A stretch of 64,000 nucleotides of DNA. It comes from Perna viridis (taxonomy: Eukaryota). Under the pieces are notes generated by a model. It did not search any database. It saw nothing but the letters and a program-made list of their open reading frames with translations, and was not told the DNA's origin. Below, piece by piece: positions 36,864-47,423 of this stretch; positions within the stretch are counted from its first letter, which is position 1, and each line of letters opens with the position of its first letter. A program made the translations under genes and the position numbers. The DNA lies in NCBI GenBank assembly GCA_037379345.1, contig CM074511.1:50226862-50290861 (forward strand). The letters run 5' to 3'.

Positions 36864-37770
36864 TTAGCAAGGAAAATGATCCCCAAAATTTTCAAAATCA
36901 AATTGATTCCCGGTGACTACCTCTTCAGCGGAAGCAACATGAAACGGAGGTTTGAGAACCATTCCTCTGTAATTGTCATCGATAATCTCTAAAGGATCAA
37001 AATTCGAATCTACTTTCCAATCAGGAACGACTAGATTAAATTTAAATCTCTTAACTGGGCCTTCCTATAAAAAATAAAAACAAAATTTAACTATTACAGA
37101 GAAAAGATTTCAAACCTCCATCCTACATGACAAACGCCACTAAAGGATTAGACCCTTTTGGATTGAAAGTAAGAAAATATGCATTAATATGAAAAAAAAA
37201 ACGGATTCGGTCTGACAAAAAGAATGGAACATAAAAACTCAGTATACACATAACAGTCTATTCCCTCTTCATTTTCCGGCAGTTATTAACAAAGTGTGTA
37301 GTTTCTTTACAGAAAAAAACATGCACCCATTGCACGCTGAAATCTAGGTCCGAAGCCTGGTCTGCGGGGTCAATGAACGGAGGAAAACCTGGACCTTGAA
37401 CAAACGGCATCGGCGGATAAAAAGGAGGATAAAAATAGGCCAAATTTCGCTGATCCGGCAAAACGCTTGCTTCTGGATTACCTTTGGTCTCCTTATTGCC
37501 GATAAAACTACATGTCTACACACCGAAAAATCAACCTGAAAAATGCACACTTCCTTACTAAACAGTCTAATAATTAACATACTCTAAAATATATCATCAA
37601 GGTGTCCTAGCTACAAAAAATCATTATCAAATCTAAACAAAATTGCAAATGCCCTTAAACCAAGATCAATAGTACTTACCCTTGCAAACATAAACAAGAA
37701 ATGACTGAAAAGGTTAATATTAGTTACCACAATTGTCCAAAAACAAGACCAGACGTGTACCTATGATTAC
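36864..37770 (-). pseudogene. Possible 3-exon secreted-protein gene with lesions (orphan)
   Basis: Exon-like blocks: about 37680-37770 (hydrophobic LW*LILTFSVISCLCLQG, donor GTAAGT); 37327-37535 (Pro/Phe-rich YFYPPFYPPMPFVQGPGFPPF, needs one frameshift); 36864-37064 (strong acceptor, open frame EGPVKRFKFNLVVPDW...DHFPC*). Confidence 0.35.
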
Positions 37771-39667
37771 ATCTATCGAGTGCACCCTGTCCCTATCATG
37801 ACAAAATTGAACTGTTTGACATTATCGATTAAATCCAAACAATCAACAAGGCACTGGAAATCATTCAACAAAGCACAAAATAAAACTACCGAGTTGAATA
37901 AAGTATTAAATATAATTATTACCGTATAAATTCTGAAAAAAATTAATAGTGTATCTAAATAAAGATCATCAGAGCTTATAGTTTACTTGTTATACTATAC
38001 CGAATCAAAATAAAATTGTCTCTGTCCTCGTCGTATTCTCGTTGCTTTTCGCATGATGTCGCTTAGGATAGGAAATGATCGTTTATAGCATACACGAACT
38101 GTACACAATCTGGCATTTATTATGGAGATCTTCTTGCATCAATCACATTGTCAAGTAAAATTATGCTTTCATTGTCCTGTAGACGACAACATATTACAAA
38201 AAAGGGAAATTAAAGAATAAAACAGATTATCACGCATTTTAGCGCGTAGATTGTATCATTTTTGTTTAAAATATCACAGTTTTTACATGATTTGATTTTG
38301 TTTGCTATCATTATTTTAATACATATACGGTTTCAAAGAAGCAACTACGATGAATAATTGGCATACATTTGTCCAATACCATTTAAAAAATGCAAATCTA
38401 CCATATACGAATTCTGGGGTTTTCACAGACATTTTATTGGTTATGGGGTACCATCCTTACGCCTTTATGGCTTGGACTACGTTAAAGTATGCGATGCCTT
38501 GTCACATTAGATAGCTTAGATGCTACATAGATGTGTTTGTGTATGCAAAAGTTTGTTTGAAGTGGGGTACTTGAGAAAAAATGCCAATTACAGTTGAAAT
38601 GGAAGAAAATATGAAAATCCGAAAAAAACCCTCTTTAATATTGTCATATTGAAACTGAAAAATACGCCCCTGAAATGAGCAGGTATGTTGAATACATCTA
38701 TAATTAAAATACTAGAACAAAACATGTCTATTGTACACCGTTTATATGCCAAAAATTAACATTTTAGTTCATGTTGAGGCATTTTTAATCATGGGTAGGG
38801 GTGGAAATTTTCCACCTATTTGGACTTGACAAAGTTCAAATATTTATTACTTGGGCTCGTTAGAAAGCTAAGACACTATATAATTGTATTTGAATATACA
38901 AAAGCTTGTTTGAAGTACGGTATTTAAAAGAAATCGCCAATTATAGGTGAAATTGAAGAAAATATAAAATTCTGAAAATTCCTTTTTTATGAAAAAGTCA
39001 TTATTATCACATTAAAACTGAAAAATACTCCTCTGAAATGAAAGGATATATTGAATACATTGACAATTAAAACAATAGTACTCAAAATGTCTATTGTACA
39101 CCGTTTATATATTAATTAGTAACATTTTATTTCATAATGAGGTATTTTTATCATGGGAAGGGGTGGCAATTTTCCACCTAACTTAACTTGGAAAAGTTCA
39201 AATATTTATTACTTGAGCTCATTTTGAAGTTAAGACATTACATTAATGAACCGTATCACACAAAAGCTTGTTTAAACTAGGTATTCTGAAAAAAAAATAT
39301 ATCGGGTGATGTAGTAGAAAATTCTTAAATTCTGAAAATTCCCATTTTCCGATCTTATAGTAATGTCACCCAAAAGGAAAATCTAAGCGCTTGAATTGAT
39401 CAGATATGTTAGATACATCATTCTCTTAATTATGAATGACTAAAATATGAGTACTACAATGTCAGTATGCTATGAATGAGAATTTTGTTTGATGCTGAGA
39501 CCAGTTTTCTAGGGGTAGGGGTGATATTTTTAACATTTTCTGAAAATCCTTTCTTGAAAATTAGATTATATTATTTATCGAATGATACTAACTGAAAATT
39601 GCCAAAATTCATCAAAAGAACCCCAGAAGTATAAATTGTGATAAAACTGAAAATATCAAATGAGCAA

Positions 39668-42394
39668 TTTTTAGCTCACCTGGCCAAAGGCCATGTGAGC
39701 TATTGCTATCACTTGGCGTCCGTCGTCGTCGTTAACAATTTTTCAAAACTCTTCTCCTCAGACACCACCTGACCAATTGGAACCAAACTTGGTATGAATG
39801 TTTCTTGGGGTATTGTGCATAGAAATTATGAGGGGATTTTTGATCCGTCGAAAAACATGGCCGCCGTTACTAAAAATAAAACACAGGGGTCAGACAGTAG
39901 TTTTTCGCATCTATCTCCAAAACCGTTAGGTTTAGCCAAATTCTGACATGGGATAAAAGTGTTCAGCATGATGAGATTTACCTGTGGTCAAATTTTAATT
40001 TTGATATGTTAAGCCTTGTCGGATTTATTGCCCTTTTTCGACGTTTTTTTTTTGTTGCTATTTTGAATGTCATTTCTTTCAAAAATCTTCTCCTCTGACA
40101 TCACCTGACCAATTGGAACCAAACTTGGTGTGAATGTTTCTTGGGGTATCGTGCATAGAACTGATGTGGGGATTTTTATCCGCCCAAAAACATTGCCGTT
40201 ATTATTAAAAATAGAACAAAGGGGTCAGACAGTAGTTTTTCGCATCTATCTCCAAAACCGTTAGGTTTAGCCAAATTCTGAGTGTAGTAAAATTGTTCAG
40301 CATGATGAGATCTATCTGTGGTCAAATTTTAATTTTGATATATTAAGCCATGTCGGAGTTATTGCCCTTTTTCGACATTTTTTTTTTGCTATTTTGAATA
40401 ATATTTCTTTCAAAAATCTTCTCCTCTGACACCACCTGACCAATTGGAACCAAACTTGGTATGGATGTTCCTTGGGGTATCGTGCATGAAACTGTCGTGG
40501 GGATTTTTGATCCGTCGAAAAACATGGCTGCTGTTACTAAAAATAGAACAAAGAAGTCAGATAATAGTTTTCCAAAAAAGTATCTCCAAAACCGTAAGGT
40601 TTAGTAAAAGTATTTCTATTGCTGAAATGACCCTTATGATAAGGTCTCACTAACCACTTCTAACGTTTCCATTACTTTACATGTTAAAAAAGTAATTTTC
40701 AAAGTCTCACTGTGAATTCCCAGGACAAATGACATCTTAAAGCTGCATACCGTTGCGAAGCTTGGAAAATAAGGCTTCCAAAATCATTATGCTAATGGTA
40801 CGATCATAGTATAAATTCTTCACAAAATTTACTTGAATAAATAATACTGAAAATCCACATTTTTACCTGTTCTGCTAACTGACAGCATGGAGGCAAATTA
40901 CTCACACATGTAAACAATATTCATACACTTTTGTAGTTAATTACATATATGATTTTAAAGTTCACATTCTCAGCTTTATTTTGACTACTTTTAATCATAA
41001 TACACACAAATAATGCACTTACAATGCATATGTCTAGGTTCAGTGTGTTTTTGGTACTACATAGGGGGGGTGGCCATTTGACCCGGAAGTGGTTAGTGAG
41101 ACCTTAAAAACATTTTATGAGTTTTTATGTTTTTCTGTTTTTACATTTTATGAAAGCTTGTGATATTGTGAGTCTAATAAGACCAAAACTATCAAAATAA
41201 GACATAGGACTACAAAGAAATGGTCATTTTTATATCATGCCCCTCAGTGATATTTTCCCTAAATTACTAAAAAATTACAATTTTAACTAACTTGTCACAC
41301 CAAATTGATATCTATGATAATTCAAGAAGTTGTAATAGTAAATATCATTTATCATTATGAAAAAAGAACAGATTTCAACAATTTATATCATACCTATTTC
41401 ATTACTGTGTGATTCTTAGTCTGTGCTGTGTGACTATTCGAGTACTTTGAATATCCCAAGCAGTGACGTTGTGTATTTCATGGATGACGTCAAGTTATGA
41501 GTCACTGTTACTGATAAAAATCTTGTTGCTATGGTGTTTTTTAAATTACCTTGCACAATGCACATCTTAAAATATAGCCAGATTACCAATATCACTATAC
41601 TGATTTTATGGGAAAATGGAAATAATGACCAGGAAAGGCAATTTTCCTCAAATTATGCATTTCTCTGAAATATGCCATAATTTAATTTATGGTCTCACTA
41701 ACCACTTCTAACGTTTCCATTACTTTACATGTTAAAAAAGTAATTTTCAAAGTCTCACTGTGAATTCCCAGGACAAATGACATCTTAAAGCTGCATACCG
41801 TTGCGAAGCTTGGAAAATAAGGCTTCCAAAATCATTATGCTAATGGTACGATCATAGTATAAATTCTTCACAAAATTTACTTGAATAAATAATACTGAAA
41901 ATCCACATTTTTACCTGTTCTGCTAACTGACAGCATGGAGGCAAATTACTCACACATGTAAACAATATTCATACACTTTTGTAGTTAATTACATATATGA
42001 TTTTAAAGTTCACATTCTCAGCTTTATTTTGACTACTTTTAATCATAATACACACAAATAATGCACTTACAATGCATATGTCTAGGTTCAGTGTGTTTTT
42101 GGTACTACATAGGGGGGGGTGGCCATTTGACCCGGAAGTGGTTAGTGAGACCTAAGGCCTGTAAGAGTTATTGCCCTTGAAATATGAAAAATGACAGTTT
42201 TTCTGTACAGTTTCCAGCCAATATCTTTGAAACTAAAAGAAAGAAACTTTCTATCGCTGAAATGATCCTATTGATAGTACTACCAAAGTCTTGCGTAAAA
42301 ATTGTTGGACAACTCCTTGTCAAATTTATTGCCCTTGAAAAAAAGACAAACTTTAATTAGGTGAGCAATTCAGGTTCCTGGGAATCTCTTGTTT
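39668..42394 (+). mobile_element. Helentron-associated interspersed element (HINE) with internal satellite-like array
   Basis: 5' TTTTTAGCTCACCTGG..GTGAGC stem, then a (GTC)n microsatellite, then about three 335-bp units (dimers of about 167 bp), then 3' GGTGAGC subTIR and CAGGTTCCTGGGAATCTCTTG palindrome. Inserted in a T-run with no TSD. Confidence 0.85.
40643..42152 (+). mobile_element. Composite-like non-autonomous DNA transposon (KolobokP-type): LTDR-INT-LTDR
   Basis: Direct repeats 40643-41103 and 41691-42152 differ only in a G7/G8 run by eye. Each has a perfect 18-bp TIR GGTCTCACTAACCACTTC / GAAGTGGTTAGTGAGACC. The internal region is 587 bp. TAA is duplicated at 40640-40642 and 42153-42155. 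Confidence 0.88.
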
Positions 42395-43049
42395 ACTCTA
42401 GCATTAATACTTTAGGGTTTCGACAAATATGTCAATATAAGCCATTTTTCGGCGGGGTAGGGGTACATTTTTCGCATTTTACCGCAAAACCCTTAGTGTT
42501 AGCCGATACATTGGGCTATACGATGACACCTGTATTTGTTTAGTTTATTCACACATGCTATCCCAGGAAGGCTAAGACTCTCAAACAATTGAGTCACAAA
42601 AATCTTGGCTTTTGAACCCAGTGGGGTACAAATATAGGCTTATACTGAAAGAGAATCCGAGAATATTCCTTGGCGACAAATTGATTCGGTAATGGGAGGT
42701 ATAAAGGTACCTAAAAATCACTACACTACGAAGTTGATGAATGGGGGGTGCACGGTGGACCCTCCCAGCCCATGGACTACAACAGGTGCTGATAATCAGA
42801 GTTTAGAGATCAACTCTTTTATTAATTGGATCAATCAAATTAATCAGCATATTTATTTCACAGTAAAAGTTGTTTATTGGGTTTATTTATTGACATAAGT
42901 AACACAGAATTAATTTTATATATTAGAAATACCTATAAAGTGGACCTTACTATCTGCATTTGAACTTTAATGGGGTATGCCAATAGAACTATTTTCCTGC
43001 GGTAGTGTGAAATAATTACAGATGCTAACAGGCTTTACAAATCTAAAGG

Positions 43050-44250
43050 CTCTGGTGATTGCTGTCAAACAGGTTGTCAGAAAATCCAAAAGGAAATATT
43101 TCGCCCTATGCATATTATAATAGACATGAACACATTTTATTAGGGCTTCTACAATTTTCCTCAACTTTGCAGGCATTCAAAAGATTAAGTCTATTTTTAT
43201 TCAGAATAAAATTAAACATGTTATATGTATTGTTTTTGTTTTATTTTGATAAACAGTACTAAGTATCAAATTATACTTACAATTATGGTGAAGGAGGCAG
43301 TTAAGATTTTTTTAATCGTGAACAATTTACTTGACTTAGTGTGAAACTACACAAAAGATACATTGGCTTCAGTTTAATGTAGTTTAAACACATTTTATTG
43401 TCAATAAACCAAGCACAAGTAATTAGACTTCTTCTAACTACATCCCATAAATCATATTATTAGGGCCCCGCCACCAAAAGTGGCGGTTGTCCTATAATGA
43501 TCCCTCTGTCCGTTATTCCGTCCGTCCGTTACAAACTCGTGTGGGTTGGCATGTGGGTAGATCTCCTAAAATGATGTTTTGGGTTTCATAAATAAAGGCC
43601 TATGACCTTTAACTTTGACCTCAAGGTCAAATTACTGTTTTTCAGTGACAAACTCGTGTCCGGACTGTAACTTTTTGTCTTTCGATGTGGGCTTTTGATA
43701 ATTGGCACGTGGATAGATCACGTAAAATTTATTTGTCGCGTACCATGGATAGTGGCCTTTGACCTTAAACTTTGATCTCAAGATTAAATTCCATGTGTTT
43801 CAGTGACAAGTTCTTGACCAAGATGTAACTTTTTCCCTTGTCTTTGATGTGGGTTTTTGATGTTAGGCACGTGGGTAGATCACCTAAAGACAATGTGGTG
43901 CGTATCTTGGATAGTGACATATGACCTTGAACTTTGACTTCAAGGTCAAATTCTTGCTTTCCGTTGACACTCTTGTCCAGGCGGTAATATTTTTGTCTTT
44001 CGATGTGGGCTTTTAAAATTTGGCATGTGGGTAGATGATTTCCAGTTACACATACGTACAATTAACAATTCACATAATTATTTATCTTAAATGTTGTTCC
44101 TCAATAGAAAAAAAAATAGATTGTTGATAAAGTTGAGGAAAATTGTAGAAATCTTAATTGAATGTGTTCACTTATATGATGAAATGCATAGGACGAAGTG
44201 TTGTCTTTTGCATTTTCTTACAAACTACCTGTTTACCAAAATCAGTGGAA
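43050..44250. repeat. Diverged inverted repeat of about 150-170 bp (old long-TIR element) enclosing a HINE fragment
   Basis: About 43050-43210 is the reverse complement of about 44100-44250 (for example TTCTACAATTTTCCTCAACTTT / AAAGTTGAGGAAAATTGTAGAA). Confidence 0.65.
43458..44040 (+). mobile_element. HINE-like element of a second family, 3'-truncated
   Basis: 5' hairpin CCGCCAC-CAAAA-GTGGCGG, a (GTCC)n microsatellite, then about three tandem units of about 160 bp with TGACCTT...AAGGTCAA. Confidence 0.7.
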
Positions 44251-45962
44251 CGTTACTTCATATCCTGTGTAGATGGTGATCGTTTGACAGACAGTTGCAG
44301 TTTTGCTGAAATTGTTGGAACAGTAACAAAAATGAACAGAAAAGCTCCTAATTAGTGGTTCACGATCCTTAACGTCCTCTATTCACGATCAAGCTGTACT
44401 ACTTGACTTATTTTATCTATGCGTCCACGTTCTTTTTTCTCGCTTTACATTTTGATTGAGTGGTCTTGTACCATTAATATCCCTACTTAACTTTGTTCAT
44501 GCAAACGTTCAGCCGGTGCAACAAATCATGAAAATAAGATACAGTAATGCAACACAGAACATTATACAATGTATATACAACGTTTATTAAACTCAACATT
44601 TATGTATAAAGCAGTAAAAGTAACAGTTTTTGACAAGTTAAAAGGAACAGAAATAACTGCAGGAACACGGGAAACGAATTGTTCCGACCATTCACCTGTT
44701 CCCCCACAAACATGTTGTCTGTCTAAAAAAGAAAATCTTATTAAAAACCGTATTTTTGTCATCTTTAATGAGATTACTGTGGGCGTAAAAGGGGGGCCAG
44801 AACAACCTGTACCTATGGGAACAGATAAAATAAATTTAAAGCAGTATTTTTTTTATTTGAAAAATCATATATCTTATAGGTTTCGCAAAAAAAGACACTA
44901 CAACATTTTTTAGATGTCATATGTCTATTCACGGTTGACGTGCATTTAATGCATGTGTAAGTTCCAATTGTGTGCAGCAAGTATATGAAGCTCAGGATCG
45001 TTTTTTTTCGAGAGAGAATCTTTTAGGAACTTTACTGCAACAATAAATTTGCCAACATGCACTACAGAATGGATTGCCCCACAAGAGCTTCATTCAGAAA
45101 TGTCACATTGTCATTGTTATATTATCAGCATGATGCAAGTCTTAAGTGTAACAGTAAATTACATCAAGTGTTTTCTTATAACAGTTAGATCATTTATATG
45201 AATACAAGTGGAAATGCTGAAGATGAGTAAGTAGTTCTCACAAAGTGTATGGATGTGTTATTTGGGGTTATCAGCTTCATATATGAATTATAAGTGTTAT
45301 GCCTCCTGCTTTCGGCGGAAGCCAACCGATAATTCATTCCACCGCTACGCGCTCGTGTCAAAGCGGGACATAAAGCCGAATTCGGAATTGTCTCCCGTCT
45401 TATTTGAATCGTAAAAATTTTAAGTTACTTCATTCTTTTCAGAGAGGCGATGTTACAATAAATCGTCGCAGTTAAATTGGACAAGGTCTGCTTCCAAACA
45501 TAAAAAACCTCGACAAATTTCCCATGATGTAAAGTAATATGTGTGAAACAGGAATTATAATGACTCATTATGCCTGTTACAATCCAAACTTTCAACATAC
45601 ATGTTGAATAAAATGAGTTTAAAGTGCCATATTGATCTAGATCTCTCGCTGATGCTCATGCGCATAATACGGACCGAAAAAGCTAACTCAGGAGAAACCC
45701 CACAGATACTTTTACGCGTTTGGTACATGTAGCTATTCAAAATAATTAGTTAAAACTCAAAGATATTTTAGATATAACTTCAAATGAGTGGCTTAATCCC
45801 TTTATCATACAAATATAAATGACATCCATGTATGTTGCACGATCGGTAATATGATGTAGGGTAACAAGTTGAATATATTTGCATTTTTAAAAGAATAATC
45901 ATGTTTTTTTTTAAGTTTAACATTAACTAGGATTTTTTTCATAAATTCATAAAACTTTAATA

Positions 45963-46790
45963 CGAAAGCCCATTAAGCTCATTTTCGTAAACTATGAATT
46001 AATAATTGTCTGCGGTATAAAACGAAACATACGCGTAATAACGCGATGTTTTCGCCTAATAACGCAAAATTTCAACGAGATAACACGTAACTTACGTGTC
46101 ATTACGCGAAACTGTTGCATAATAACGCGAAATATTTATATATATTATGAAAACACGCATTATGGGGACCGAGATTTCATATTATTTTCAAATGTCTATT
46201 ATTTAGTTGAAATATACGTAGCAGTGAGTTCCCTCGCTACCATGACGGTCATGAATAAAGTTCTCCTTGAAAGTGAAATGATATTTAATCAATGACAAGC
46301 AAATACCTATTTAGCAACCGCAATTTTTTTTTATATCAAAGCCTAATGGTGACTGCCAACCAAAGATGATTATTACTTCTATATTCTGTTTTTGTTTTGT
46401 TTAATTTTTGTTTTTGTTTTTGTTTTTTTTTTTGTTTGTCGCTTTTATTTCGTTTCATGTTTTGGGTTCCTTTTCGTCCCATTTTCATTCTTGACATAAA
46501 AGTTTCATAAATGATTTCGTTTGACCAAACAAAACATAAGTACTACTTTATATACAGAACAGAACTGTTTTAAATCTCCCTATTTCGACCTCCACACAAA
46601 AAAAAAGGAAAATTAAAAATTCTAGGGTAAAAATTATCTAGAAAGTCCTAGTTTAAAAAACAGGCGAACAAATCAAAGGTTTTCTTCTTTTTTATATATA
46701 CGAACAAGACAAACGTTTCGCGTCAAGTTTCGAGTTATATCGCGAAAAAAAATTGTTTTTGGTCTACGAAAATGAACTCAATGGCTTTCG
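45963..46790. mobile_element. MITE of about 830 bp with TIRs of about 26 bp and subterminal TAACGCG repeats
   Basis: CGAAAGCCCATTAAGCTCATTTTCGTA versus TACGAAAATGAACTCAATGGCTTTCG. Short (TAATAACGCG)-type repeats at 46030-46132. Confidence 0.55.
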
Positions 46791-47423
46791 GTGTGAGCTT
46801 AATATTAAAAAATGTATTTGTGGAAGATACGAAACTAGTAAGATCCTCATTCTGTATTACTGGTCCGACCGGGGTTTTCCTAAACCTACTTATGTTATAA
46901 ATTTAGTATACCAGGTTACATGTTCTTTCAGACTGGAATCAGGCTCTCCGTGCTTCTAAAGTCAAAGGTTATATTCGTATTGATTACCAGTATGAGGACT
47001 TCGTGCTCTATTTATACCGACCTTTAAACGGCTATTAAAAACTAAATAAGATGACGCTCGCCGAATTTTAAGTTAAAAACAATGAACGCCAAGTGGTGAC
47101 TAAAAGCGTGACAATCTAAAAGCAAACTCCTTAGAAAGTTGATGAATATCGTTAGATTGTTTCAAAAATATGATCAGTTTCATGCCTTTTTCTTTATTTA
47201 CACCAACAGCTGATTTATATGAACTATACATGAATCACGGTCTGGTAGGTATAGTTCTCGTATGTTTTATTTGCATCCATTTATTTTTTATACATTGGCA
47301 AAGATGATTTTAACGTAGCCGTGATCAGTATAACTTATTACCGGCACTATTCCTGGTCTTCAGTGCACATATATATATGCTTAAATTTCTATCTAGTTTT
47401 AATTTTCTACTGAAAAACAGACA

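Larger units (their letters stand above)
38540..42779 (+). mobile_element. Academ-like non-autonomous fold-back element, one arm, interrupted by a HINE
   Basis: Terminus ...CCCTCCCAGCCCATGGACTA at 42779. About three internal tandem units of about 355-360 bp (starting near 38546, 38899, 39261). Homologous to 56215-58550 and 63295-64000. The sequence resumes colinearly after the insert at 39668-42394. Confidence 0.7.

Noticed and set aside
40643-42152. LTR retrotransposon or TRIM
   Set aside because: No TG...CA ends, no evident PBS or PPT, a 3-bp TAA duplication, and 18-bp TIRs on each repeat.
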